In this document: positions 16,195 through 33,729 of the stretch, piece after piece | Layout of the letters: each line of letters opens with the position of its first letter | Position numbering within the stretch: position 1 is the first letter of the stretch | Source: the human T2T-CHM13v2.0 reference genome, Homo sapiens | Reading direction: 5' to 3' (one strand) | Length of the DNA: 64,000 nucleotides | NCBI RefSeq assembly: GCF_009914755.1 | Contig: NC_060936.1 | The notes under the pieces: generated by a model | Told to the model about the DNA's origin: nothing | The model's input: the letters and a program-made list of their open reading frames with translations, nothing else | The model's database searches: none | Made by a program: the position numbers and the translations under genes

Positions 16195-18975
16195 CTACAT
16201 CACCTCGTAGCCACTTCTGATACTCTTCACGAGGCAGCAGGCAAAGACAATTCCCAAAACCTAGAAGGAAAGATGGGGACAGGGGTGGAGAGGAGTCAGA
16301 AGGGCTAGCTACCTCAGACCCATGCAAGAGACTCCAAACACACACTCCCAGGCCAGTACCTCCTGTTCAGCACCCTCCTCCCCTCAGCCCCTTCCCTCCA
16401 GGCACCCTGGACAGAGTCCCAGCCCCTGCTCAGGGTTATCTCTTACCTCGACAAAAGCAATTCCAAGGGCTGCTGCAGCTACCACCAGCACATTTTTCCT
16501 CAGCCAGCCCCCAATCTTCTCCACACAGCCCTGAAGGTGGCAGGCACAAAGGACAAAAGCACCATCAGAAACTTCCCACCCCAACCCCCTCCCTTGGTCC
16601 ATCAGTCTCTTCCCTGCCCCTGTACCTTTCACCCCACCCTTAGCATTTCCAGATCCCCTCCCCATCCCTGACCCTGTCCACCTCCATCCTGGGTCTCTTG
16701 CATTCTAAAACATTTCCCAGGTTTCCCAAGTCCCATACACAGTCTCCTCCCTACCTCCTTATGGATCGCCTTCTCGTTGAAATTAATCCCACAGCCCACA
16801 GTAACATTAATGCAGCAGGAGTCGGGGACTCGGTTCTTCGACATGGAAGGGATTTTCTCCCAATCTGTGTAGTTAGCAGCCCCACAGCACTTAAACTGGG
16901 GGAGGGAAGAAATATGGAGAAGAAGGTTGTTAAGTGAACCTTCACCTTCAATATGGAGATGAGAATTCTTTTTTTTTTTTTTTTTTTTTTTTTGAGACAG
17001 AGACTTGCTCTGTTGCCCAGACAAGTGCCCAGCGGTGGCTCAATCTCGGCTCACTGCAACCTCCGCCTCCCGGGTTCAAGCGATTCTCCTGCCTCACCCT
17101 CCTGAGTAGGTGGGATTACAGGCACTCACCACCACACCTGGCTAATTTTTGTATTTTTAGTAGAGACAGGGTTTCACCACGTTGGCCAGGCTAGTCTTGA
17201 ACTTCTGACCTCAGGTGATCTGCCCACCTCGGCCTTCAAAAGTGCTGAGATTACAGGCGTGAGTCACCACACCCAGCCTTGGAGATGAGAATTCTCTATT
17301 CCCACCACCCCTGCTCCCAGCAACCCCACTCACATCTGCCTGCATCCTGTCCAGGATCGAAGCAGTGTGGTTGTTTTTCGGGTAATTCTCCATCTGCTGC
17401 CGGAAGTTGTTATTAAACTCTGACATCACCTGAGAGTACGGAGGAGCACTGTTGCAGTCAGAATTCAAGCACCAGGGTCCCAGACCCGGCTGAGGCAGGC
17501 CCTTCCCATTATTCCCTGCTTACCTTATCTCTAAACACATAGCCAGCAATGGCTGCGGCCACCTCCACCAACATGATAAGAGACAGAAAGATGGCAAACT
17601 GCAGGAGCAAAGGACAGAAGTCAAGTTTGGAGTCTATGCATTACAGGGGCCCGTTTTGGCACAGCCGGTCCCTGGACACTCACAAAGGTCTTCCTCACCC
17701 ACCCACCTCACCCACCTTCCTGAGCCCGAACCAAGCTGCTCTGGCAGTCCCAGACCGCCCATGTTGGTCCCGCCCCCAACTCACCGTGATCATAAGACAA
17801 TAGTTCTCCTTGCAGGCCCCGCAGCAGCCCACAAAAGCCACCAGGAAGAGGAAGACACCCACTGCGATGATGACCACTGGCAACAGAGAGCCAGGGGTAG
17901 CCCCCTGGATTATGGTCTGACTCAGGACAAGCTGTGCCCCGACACCCACGGCAATCAGTCCCACTGCACAGGCCTAAGAGAAAATCAGGTGAGGATTAGG
18001 CCATATCCACAACACAGTGGCCCTCCATGGTGGAGGGCAGGGGGTACACCTAGGACACAGACTTGACCCCATCCGGAAGAGAGATTCTCACACCTCTAGG
18101 GAATTTCTTTGGCTGTGGGGTAGGGGGATGACCCATCCTTGCCTGCCCCTACCTCCCCTGATCCCCTCCCGGCTCTTTAATCAGGGACATGACCAAATTC
18201 AAAAACCTCCCAGAAAGCCTTGACCTCAAGACACGTATTTCTGACCTAGAATAATGCTTTCTACAGGCCTCCAGGGCTCCCAGCTCAATTCTCTCCCAGA
18301 ACTGCCCCCTCACTATCCTCCAGTGCACATCCCACGCGCGCATCAGCTGTGACTAAGGTTCCTCTGGCCAGTTAGGCCAGGAGAAGGGAAGAGGAAAAGG
18401 GAGCAAGAGTGATGTGTCCCTCCCTAGACAAACAGTAGCCTCTCAAGCCAGGAGCCCAGGGCAGGAGCAAATTGAAGTGGGCAGAGCCCTTCCTCACCCC
18501 CAAGCGCTGGGAGGAGGGAAAGGGGGAGAGGGGCTGGACAGGGATGAGAGGGTTGGGGAGGGAGAGAGGGGAGAAGGGAGAGCGAAGGGAAGCCCCATGG
18601 CGATAGCATCAGGCGGTTGGCTGGTTGCCCCACTGCCCCATATCACAAGTGGTTGGGTCACCAGACAGGAAGGGCCAGGAGGGATGGGGGTAGGGGTTGC
18701 TGCACACCCAGGATGGCCATTCTCGGTGGAAACAAGCCTCAGGTGTCCAGGAAAACTGGAGGAGGGAGTGGCTGCGCTGTCTTTCCCTGGCTTTCTTTCC
18801 ACATCTGGTCTCCAGCTGCCTTAATTCTCATTCCCTCAGCCCTCACCACTGTGGAGCCAGGTCTCCCCGCACCCTGCCGGCGCGCCCCCCAGGACCCCTC
18901 GCCACTCACGCAAAAGGCCAGCAGGAGGACGTAGAGCAAGAACTTCACACATTTCATTCCTCCTTCCACCGCCAT
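16195..18975 (-). CDS. CD63: Tetraspanin CD63 (LAMP-3), 238 aa; coding exons 18975-18910, 17973-17785, 17598-17524, 17429-17334, 16895-16755, 16530-16447, 16260-16195
   Basis: [23 protein letters not shown]-terminus; FKCCG tetraspanin motif; C-terminal GYEVM lysosomal sorting signal; all coding introns phase 0 GT-AG; 22+63+25+32+47+28+21=238 aa. Confidence 0.98.
16970..17279 (-). mobile_element. Alu in a CD63 intron with 16-bp TSD tggagatgagaattct
   Basis: TSD at 16954-16969 and 17280-17295. Confidence 0.92.
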
Positions 18976-19586
18976 GGCTGCCGGGCCTGGGGCAGAGGGG
19001 AGGGCGGGGGGATTAAAACTGGCCGAAGGGGGACCTCGGTTTCCGGGCTCCCGGCCGGCCCTCGAGGGCTTCCCTTCACGGCCCCGATTCCCGGCCCCTC
19101 CCACCCGGAAACCCGCGGTCGGATCCACGTCTCCCAGCCCCCTCTTTACCCGCAGGAGAGGGGTGGGGGCGACGGCCGCGAAGCCCGGACCCCGCCCCGC
19201 CGCCTCTGGGGCCCAGGACAGATCCAAGGGCGCCGGCAGGGGCTTGAGCCTGACGCCGACCCTCGGCCCGCCAGTCTCCGGGCGTCAAACACCCTTTCCC
19301 CACCCAACACCCAGCCTGGAGAAACGGTCTTCAGCCCAACCCCGACCCCCGCCCCAGCCCCTTTCCCCTGGGCTCTGACCTCCCCGCCCACCAAAAAAAA
19401 AAAAAGTGCAGCCAGCACCCCCGCCACACCCTGCCCGGGCCCAGGGAACTTCGAAGCAAAGTTGCTCCAGGGCGGCTGGAGAGCGCCGGACGAGTCTCCG
19501 CGGGCCTGGGGCGAGCCCTGGAGGAAGGGACTGCGGGTGGTCTCTCCCAGCCCGCGCCGAAGTCCGCCGGGTCCCCGCGGCCTCAC

Positions 19587-19720
19587 CTGGGCTTCCCAAG
19601 GCTGGCTGCGCGTTCCTCTCCCGCCGCGGCTCCGGGGCTCTCTAGCTGCGCCCCCCGGCTCCCGCCCCGCCTGCCGCGCGGCCCCGCCCCGGGCTCCAGC
19701 CACGGTCCCCTCCCCCGCCG
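19587..19720 (-). other. CD63: CD63 non-coding exon 1 in CpG island (5' end approximate; exon-2 acceptor at 18986)
   Basis: CAG|GTGAGG donor at 19587/19586; dense CpG from 18850 to 20050. Confidence 0.7.
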
Positions 19721-19737
19721 AGTGGCCGCCGGCCTCC

Positions 19738-19823
19738 CTCATGTGACGCGGTAACAGCTGCGGCCTGAGTCACTGGGCCCGGCGCGGGGTGGGCCGAGCC
19801 CCCCGCCCGGCCAGGGCCACGTG
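19738..19823 (-). promoter_or_regulatory. CD63 promoter motifs: M-box/CLEAR-like CTCATGTGAC (19738-19747), AP-1 TGAGTCA (19766-19772), E-box CACGTG (19818-19823), GC boxes
   Basis: Direct motif matches just 5' of CD63 exon 1. Confidence 0.65.
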
Positions 19824-21537
19824 GCCCCTACCCGGAAGAAGGCGCCCACCCCCGCAAAGGGAAAGCCGCAAGGGCAAGACCTCGGGGCGCCTGGGGCCCC
19901 CCTCTGGCGCTATACCTCCGTGCCAACTCGGGGTAGGAGAGCGGGGCGGAGCGCAGCCTGGGTCACTCTGGTTCAGAGAAGCGGACGAGGTGGGTGAGAG
20001 TTACCCTCTGAGCGCCGGGGCGGAGAGCTGAGGCCGGGTGACAATGTGGTCTGTGAGGTTTCCCCATCCTACCGTAGGGGATGAGCCAGCTCTCTCCTCT
20101 GGCTCCAACTCTGTGCAAGCCCCCTCCCCATCCGACTGTGCAGACAGCTGGGGACTGCCTGGGGTCGGGTGGGGCCAGAACAAACACTTCCAGAAAGTCC
20201 CTGGCTCACATCCTGGGTGTCTCCCAACATTCTACAGCATTCTAGAGTGGGGATTTCTGGCCCCCCTCTATTAGCACAGCTTCTCCATTTTCCAGGGATC
20301 CTAGTCTGAGAAAAGGGGAGGAAGCCCTTCCCCGAAGCCACGCTACCCAGTCAATCAAGACACGTCCGCGTCGGGTCCCGCCCTCTGGGGGAGGATTGAC
20401 AAGGTCTGTGCTTCCAGCCTCCCAGACAGCTCCTGCATCCGTCTGTGATAGCGAGGGCTTGGGGGAAGACACGAAGGCAGGAGAGGCTTACATCCTCTGG
20501 ATTTCCCCGTCTTATCCCAGAAGACAAAGCCAGGTGAGGGCTGGAAGCGGGCTAGGGGGATCAAGCTGCCTCCCTCCCTTGTGTGCCAGGGGTGGTCCCC
20601 AGAAGGAGCTGATCTGAACAGGCCGGAGAGTAGGACCGGCCGTCACACCCCCACACCTCCAGCCTCGGCCCCACTCCTTGGGCTCTTAAGGTCCTGCCTC
20701 AAGAACCACTTCCTGAGTCTTAGTGTATGTGTGTACACAAAGAATGAAAGAAGTCTCTAGAGCTAAAGGAAGGAGATCCGGGCTGGGCTGAGAAGCATCT
20801 TCCAGGATCACGGCCTTCCCGCGGGACACACCAAGCCCATTCCGGATCTTGCTCTTCCTGACCATGGCTGGCAGGCTGTGGAGGAGGAGCGGAGAGCAGA
20901 AGAAAGGAGTATTCATCAGGTTCCTTATTGTGCTGCCACTAGATGCCAGGCATGTGCTAGGCTTGGGGGCTGCAAGGAGAGGAAGACAGCGGCCCTGCCC
21001 TCTGCTAGCAGGCAGAACCGAGTTCTGGCCACACTGTGAAGAAAGGCAGAAGCCTGCGGTGGCAGCTGGTTAAGCTCAGAGGGAGGGAAAGGGAGAGGAG
21101 AATGGATTTCACGGAGCAGAAGGATGTGCTCAAGGTGACCTTGGAGAATAAAGGGGAGAGCTCCAGGGACAGAGAAGCAGTCGACTGTGGAAAAAAAAGG
21201 AGCATTTTGTAAAGTACATGGCAGGTTGGGGTTGGCTGGCTCAAAGGGCTTGGGACGGATGTGGTGAGATGGGCTGAAGGTGGTCTGAAGATCAAGATTG
21301 AGAGACTAGATACATAACAACCAACTGCAATGTTTGGTCCTTCATTGAATGGTTGAACAAACCAGCTGTGAAAGACATTTTGGGACATACAGACATGGAC
21401 TGAGAATTAGACATAAGAAAATTATTTTGTTAACTGTTATCATGGTTAACAAAACGGTCATATAATATGATTATGTAGAGAAGTTACTCTAGTTTTTCCT
21501 CTTTTTTTTTCTTTATTCTCCTATCAGCCAATGCATT

Positions 21538-22450
<913 letters not shown>

Positions 22451-22956
22451 TTTTTATTATTATTAATTTGTTTCCTTAACCATAAACATCTAGGTTTTTT
22501 GTTTTTGTTTTTGTTTTTGAGATGGAGTTTTGCTCTTGTTGCCCAGGCTGGAGTGCAGTGGCACAACTCACCACAACCTCTGCCTCCCAGGTTCAAGAGA
22601 TTCTCCTGCCTCAGCCTCCTGAGTAGCCGGGATTACAGGCATGCGCCACCATGCCTGGATAATTTTGTATTTTTAGTAGAGCCGATATTGTGCCATTGCA
22701 CTCCAGCCTGGGCAACAGAGCGAGACTCTGTCTCAAAGAAAAAGAAAGAAAGATGAAAATGTTGTGGAGATGGATGGTGCTGATGGTTGCACAATGTGTA
22801 TGTACTCAATGTCCCTGAATTTTATGTTATATATATTTTACTACACACATACACACAAAGAATGGCCCACTTCTACAGCCTGGAAAGTTGACACAGAGCT
22901 CCATGTGTTTGCTGGGGTGCAGGATAGAGGGGCCTCTTAGTGGGAAGTGGCTGATC

Positions 22957-23282
22957 TCAGACCTGGCCCTTCACATCCTTCAGATCCCCCAGCACCTGTT
23001 CCAAGTGCCTGACATCCAGATATGCCACCAAGCCGTCCTGGCTGGCCCAGGCTGCTGCCTCTTGGTTGCCTGGCACCAGTTGGTGGTAGGTGTGCTGAGG
23101 CGGGGACCCTTGTCCCTCCACACCAAGCAAAGCCAGCTTTCCCTCCAGCTTCACCACGCCTCCACCTAGGCCCAGCGACACAGCATGGGGGCCACAGATG
23201 TCTCAAGCAAACCTGCAGCCTTCTGAGAGCATGTAGGCATCAGCCAGACCCAGTGCCATGCACAGCAGCTTGTAGCCTGCAT
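22957..23282 (-). pseudogene. INPP1-like terminal exon: AGYKLLCMALGLADAYMLSEGCRFA*DICGPHAVSLGLGGGVVKL...PQHTYH...WASQDGLVAYLDVRHLEQVLGDLKDVKGQV*
   Basis: Compare INPP1 GAGYKSLCVVQGLVDIYIFSEDTTFKWDSCAAHAILRAMGGGIVDL...PQLVYH...WANKGGLIAY; one continuous frame with the W of the WD motif mutated to TGA (23205-23203). Confidence 0.92.
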
Positions 23283-23796
23283 CTAAGCACAGGAAAGGGT
23301 GAGGGGATATGAGGAGGGTGAGGGGATATGAGGAAGGTGAGGAAGAAAGAAGGGATCCAGAATCAAGGGAAAAGAACAGTTGAGGAGAGTTGGGAGAGGG
23401 GTGAGGAAAAACCGGAAAGTGAGAGACATAGAGGAGGGTGGGAGGCATGGGGAAGGATGGGGGAAGAGGAGGCAAAAATACATGAAGGATCAATGCTTCT
23501 TGGGCTTCAGTTTAAAAAACATTTTCTTTAATTTTTGAAAAATAGGTGTAAGAGAGGAGTGGGGAGAGGGAAGAGGAAGAGATAGGGATGGGAGGGAAGA
23601 AGGAAACAAGGATGCATCATCAAAGCCATCCCCCCACTGGGAGGGTAAGGAGAGTGGTGGATAAAATTCAAGGTCCAGAGGTTGGGTCTGAAATGGGGGC
23701 CTGAAATTTAAGTCCAGAGGCCTCAGCTTTGGATAAGGATAGAGGCACGGTGCTTGATGGCATCTCTCAGATCGCAGGGTGAAGGAGGGGCTGCAC

Positions 23797-23965
23797 CTGC
23801 GCGTTTGCAGGTCCTGCTGGCAGAAAAGCTCATAGACCATCCCGCAGGGCTCTCCAGAGAGTAGGTTATATGCCCCAGCACCAGCACTGAGTGCAGCCCC
23901 CAGGGGAGTACTGTGCACGGGCTCCACGGCGACATCACCACTATGTATTTACTGGTTGGTGGAGA
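23797..23965 (-). pseudogene. INPP1-like exon D: (V)[18 protein letters not shown](fs)[10 protein letters not shown](fs)GAYNLLSGEPCGMVYELFCQQDLQTRR
   Basis: Compare INPP1 DSTYQYIKGSAD...FPCGLQCVTILIGVYDIQTGVPLMGVINQPFVSRDPNTLR; TAA at 23951-23949; ccccag| acceptor and AG|GT phase-2 donor. Confidence 0.85.
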
Positions 23966-23988
23966 CTGGGGAACACAAAGGAGTCTCC

Positions 23989-26610
<2,622 letters not shown>

Positions 26611-26982
26611 ACAAACAAAAAAGAATGATGAGGCTTTATCATACCCTGTTTTTAGACTCATGGGAATTAAAATGATTTTGCTTTGAGAAATATCTGGATA
26701 CCCCACCCCAACTGACATAGCCAAGGTAGGGGTGGGAGGGACAATCCAGCCTCCTTCTGCCCCTCACACTCACCTTGGCCTTGGCCTTGGCCTAGACCCC
26801 CCAATTCAAGCCCCAAGGTCTAGCTCCTCTGGCAACCCCACACTCCAGCCCCACCCCCACCAGGATCTGTCCTCAGGGCCCGCCTCAATTCCTTTCCCCA
26901 TTTCTTGGGCCCCTAGTTCCTGACCTCTGGCCCCTCATTGTCACTCCTGTCCCAGTCTCTTCCCAGCCAGTGCCATCATTAA

Positions 26983-27192
26983 CAACGAGGTCCATCCAAA
27001 TGCCCAGCTGGTGAGTGGGCAGGATGAACAGCTCCAGCCCATCCTGCTTGAGAGCCTCGTCCAGGTTCATGTCTTGTTTATGCACTCCCTTGGCCAGGAT
27101 CTTAGCTGCTGTGTGGTTCTGGCCCAGAACCAGGCACAGGAGCACAGAGGTATCTACCTGAGAGTCACAGAGCCTCACAACTAAAGTTTTTC
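26983..27192 (-). pseudogene. INPP1-like exon C: GKTLVVRLCDSQVDTSVLLCLVLGQNHTAAKILAKGVHKQDMNLDEALKQDGLELFILPTHQLGIWMDLV
   Basis: Compare INPP1 GEKITLRLCSTEEETAELLSKVLNGNKVASEALARVVHQDV...ILGIWVDPID; phase-1 acceptor intact, donor degenerate (G|TTAAT). Confidence 0.88.
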
Positions 27193-27558
27193 CTAGGATG
27201 GAACAGAGATAAACATAGGAGAAATGACAAAGAGGTGATGCTGGGACTGGGTGGTTATCTCAGGTTTCTGTTCCTTGGGACTAAAAGGCCAAGAGGCCTA
27301 GGCAGGGGCTCAGGAAAAATTCATTCATGTATTAATCCATGTATGGGGAGCCTAAACATGGAGATAAGTAAGACATGTCCCTGCCTTCAGGGTGCTTACA
27401 ACCTTATAGGCACAGACAAAAAATACAGTGTGGTGAGAGGGCTATGACAAAGAGAACCCCTGGGTTCTGGAAGCTGCCTAGCACAGGCTGGGGGATGCAG
27501 TGGGGCAGCAGAGGACCTGAGATACCTGCCAAAGAAGAAGGGCCTGTGGCAGACTCAC

Positions 27559-27619
27559 CCAGGCTGTTCTCAAATTTGTTGGGTTGTTCCCCATGGATGT
27601 GGTCTTGCAGCCCAGGGAA
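27559..27619 (-). pseudogene. INPP1-like exon B (61 nt): FPGLQDHIHGEQPNKFENSL(G)
   Basis: Compare INPP1 FPGLEKNIFGEESNEFTNDWG; ctag| acceptor and G|GTGAGT donor intact. Confidence 0.9.
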
Positions 27620-27880
27620 CTAGGGGTGAGGAGTGCTGGCACCCCTCGGTAGAGCCCAGACCAGTTTCTCCTGCCCTCACCAATTTCAGGCTCCCATTCC
27701 CAGATCCCAGCCAGACCCGCTGGTCGTCCTGACACCCTCACCGTTCACACACACACACATGCCCCTCATCTGACAACTTTGACCTTCACTACCCTCTGCT
27801 TTCTCCTTCATTCCCTCTGGAGAGAGAATTCCCTCTGAACACTCCTGCAGTTCCCCCCTGCTTCCCAACAGCTCCCTCAC

Positions 27881-28067
27881 CTGGCAGCCCAGGTACTGCT
27901 TTGTCGCCTCCTGGATCAGCCCATCTGCCAGCATTTTAAGGTCCTTGGAGAAGCTGACATTGCACTTAGACCCGTTCTTTTCCTGGAGCAGCAGCTGGAA
28001 TAGTGGTGCCTCCTGCTGGCAGCATTGGCCACTGCCAGAAACAGGGCCTGTAATGAGGACCCACCAT
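27881..28067 (-). pseudogene. INPP1-like exon A: M..LQALFLAVAN(fs)[48 protein letters not shown]
   Basis: Compare INPP1 CRQQEALFQLLIEEKKEGEKNKKFAVDFKTLADVLVQEVIKQNMENK; CAG|GTGAGG phase-0 donor; frameshifts near the 5' end. Confidence 0.88.
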
Positions 28068-29986
28068 GGGCCCAGAGAGGGAGCAGTAGGTGAGAACTCA
28101 GGGAAGAGGTGGGGACCCCAGGGAGGCCAAGAATGAAGATAAGCAGCAGCTTGCACCCAGTGGAGTTGTAGAGCTGGCCTGCCATGAGGAGAGAGGGGAC
28201 AGATTGGGGATAAGCAGGAGGGAGGCCAGAGGCAAAGGAAGACATAACCCCAAATGATTCTTAGAGTCCCCCAGTTGTATCCTGCCACACTGCCCCCCAC
28301 CCCAAACGCAAACTCTTTGGCCCCCTTCTCCCAACTCCCAACTTCTCTTAGAGGGCCTTGGGGCTAAAGAGGTTAACAAGACTGCCAAGTGATCCCGGCA
28401 AGATAATTATAGGATTTAGAAGGTGGTGTGGGAGAGGACAGTAATTACAGTGACATCCTCTCTGGAGCTGCAGGATTTGTGGGCAGAGGACTGGAAGGGG
28501 TCCACTCTACTAACACACCACCCCCTAGCCCAGAATAGCCTCCCCACTCCCCCAGAGGCACATGCAGGGAGAGCAGGAGAGCCGGGGAGTAAGCCTCTCC
28601 CCTCTGCTACATCTCAACGAGATGTAGCCCCTCCCCTCCTTAGAAAGCCCTGCAGTGCCAAAGAATGAGTCCACTGACCCTCAAAATAGAAACTTTAGGA
28701 GAAAAAAGGAAGAAGAGATAGGATTAGGGATCCTCCCTAGGGAGGGGAGAAAAATAGCTACTCCCCACTGAGCCTAGCTCTGATAGACAAGGCAGTTTGG
28801 GTGTGGAGGTGGCCATTGTGGTGAAGGTGCAGGGTGGCGGGAGTCCCCCCTTACAGGGTTCCCTTACAATGGTTCCCCTGTTCTGGCAGCAGCACTTCTG
28901 ATCATGGTCCAGGCAACTCTGGCCTCAGACCCCGGTGACAGGCTCCAGGGAGCTGCAGCTCTTCCTGAGGATATAGCAGACCATCTACCCAAGCACCTCT
29001 CTCTCTAGCAGGTCTTGAAACCTCATACCCTCCCCCGGAACACAGCCTCCTTCTCTCCCGGCAGCTCATACATTTTAAGCCTAAATGCCTCCCTTAGGCT
29101 GCGACCCACATTTGCTATGAACCAGTCAGGACCTTGAAGAAGGCGGGCCTGAAGGTTGCCTGGGTAACTCTGGGAGAGGGGCACCCTTGGCAGGAAGACA
29201 GTTGCCAGGGAGACTAGGACAGTGGGCGGGGCCCCAAACCTAAGCATGTACTAGGATAAGGAAAGATCTAATGTCCAGATCCCCCCGAACTTATTTTCCG
29301 TAAAGCCACCAGTGCCCCATTTTTAGGGAGTCTGGGGCAGCTGGAGTTCTGAAGCTCCTAAAAGAAACCTCCCAGGGGTTAATTCCTGAAACTCAGGGGA
29401 TCCCAACAGGACCAAACCTGAGGGAACTCAAGGAAATAGGCAAGATCTGGGAGGCGCTGGGGAAAGGACAAGGCTTAATGCATTATGATATGGAACTTTT
29501 CGAACTAAAATTCTAAAATGAAAATGTACAACGTATGCAAAAATAAAACCCTTAAGCCGTGCTTTCAGTTCCACCTCCGAGGAGCTGATATTCCAGATTC
29601 TACCATCAGATGGCAGTCTTGTCCACTTATTGGATTAAGTTTAGTCTTGGAAACTGAGGAGGCTATCAGGAGATAGAAAACCTTTCTGTCTCAAATGTTC
29701 CTGACTCCAATTCCCTGTATTTGGCAGATACCAATAACCCCTCATATATACAAATACACTGTCTTCTTTCCCCCACCCAACTCTTATCAAGTTCACTTAG
29801 CAGGCCTCATTCATTCTTTATTCAAAGCTGTTAAGGAATACTTTGGTGAAAAAGTTCCTGCTCTCTCTGGTCTCCCAAGGTGAGCGTTGTAAGTTGGGGT
29901 AACAGTAATAACTAATGCATTTAGAACAGTTTTTCAGACATTTAATCTTCATAACCTTATGAAATAGGTACAATATTGTTATCCTT

Positions 29987-32341
<2,355 letters not shown>

Positions 32342-33656
32342 TGGCACAAACATTTTCCATTTGACTATTGCTCCAGGGCTTTCAGATCCAGAAATAAGCC
32401 TGGAAAACCTGAAGTCAGAAGTTAAGCACATTCAAAACATTTTTTCACCTTAGTACTGTTTTACTCTGCTCTCTGACTGCCCAGGATCACACCTGAAGAC
32501 TAGGGCTGGTCCCACATCTGTATTTCATCTCGTGCATCTGAGCGCAGACTTCTTTCCCATGCTCACCCTTGCAACCTCCAGCCCCTTCTCAGACTTCTAA
32601 GACCCTGCAGATCCAAAGATATAGCTAGAAATCCAGAGATCTAGATTTCTCCCCAAGTATAACAGCCTCCAGCCATCTCCTCTCACCCTTCCCCCAGTGG
32701 CCTCTAGCTCCTGCCTTTTCCAGCCGGCTGACTACATTAGCCCTGTTAAGCCCCAGTTTCAAGCTCACAGTCTTCCCAGCTCTATGTCTTCCCTCTGTTT
32801 CAGTTCTTCCCATCACCTCTCCACCTTCTTAGGTTGTCCCTGACCTCTTCCTCTCCTAGTCCCCTTAATCCCTCTGATGAGCCTAGCCTGGTGCTTCCTT
32901 CCATGGCTTCCTTGAGCATCTTCTTTGGGCTACCTCTGGTGGCTAGAGCTCCTCTGGTCTCAAGTTCTCCACCTCTGTCCCCTGGGCTCTCTGTGCTCCC
33001 ACCAAGGCTGACTCTTGTGGCTCCTTCTCTCAGGAGTTTCTGCCTTTCCTCTCCCCCACCCCCAATCCCCTGCACCTGCCTCCTCAGGGGCTCCCTTGTT
33101 GTCTCCCTGTCTGTGCCCCTCTCTCTCCTCCCCCATCCTGATTTCTCTCCCCCCCACCCCCCCCCCCCACCCCTTTCCCAGGGCACTCTTCTGTCCTCTG
33201 TTCCTCTGCCGCTGTTCCCATCTCCATGACCCCCGATCTCTTCTGGTCTGGCTCTGTAGACCTCTGTCTCCCCCTATCTAGTGGTACCCCTCTTCTCCCC
33301 ATTTTTGTCTCCACTCTAACTCTCCCACTAGTTGTCCCAGTCTTCCTCCTTCTTGGTTCTGTGTCTCCCACAGACACACAATTTCCCTCTCTAGCTAAGT
33401 CTCTCACCTCTGCGTCTTCCCCCTGACTCTTCTTTTCCTCCTTTGTCTCTCCCTCTCTCCTCCTCCTTTTCCTATCTCTGTCTCTTCCCCCTTATCTCTC
33501 TGATTCTCCTTGGTCTCTCTGGCTCTGACTTTCCCTCTATATCCGCCCCCCCGCCCCCTCATATCTCTGTCTCTTCATCTCTCTCTGGCCCTTGCTCCCT
33601 CATTCCCTCCCTCTCTCTATTCCTCGGCTCTCTCCGGCTCCCTCTCTCGCCTCGGA

Positions 33657-33729
33657 TGACAGCGCTGCCTCTTTTGTTGGCTCCGCAGCCAATCGCGGCC
33701 GCTGACGACACGGGGGCCGGGGCTATAAA
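33657..33729 (+). promoter_or_regulatory. GDF11 core promoter: TGACAG (MEIS/TALE, 33657), CCAAT (33689), TGACG half-CRE (33703), TATAAA (33724)
   Basis: Direct motif matches about 230-290 bp upstream of the ATG, inside the CpG island. Confidence 0.8.

Noticed and set aside
18697-19746. 349-aa + strand ORF, the longest in the track
   Set aside because: Antisense to CD63 exons 1-2 in a CpG island; Pro/Arg/Gly-rich, no domain, non-ATG start; explained by stop-codon scarcity at high GC
19750-21500. Divergent lncRNA from the CD63 promoter (CD63-AS1-like)
   Set aside because: Plausible from memory of annotation, but exon boundaries cannot be supported from sequence alone
23203-23205. In-frame TGA as selenocysteine or read-through codon
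   Set aside because: Aligns to a conserved Trp (TGG to TGA transition), other exons carry independent lesions, and no SECIS was recognised
23560-23660. Possible missing INPP1-like exon after ccctcccag (WGDGFDDASLF)
   Set aside because: Acceptor-like, but phase and peptide do not convincingly match INPP1 WKGQCYWG
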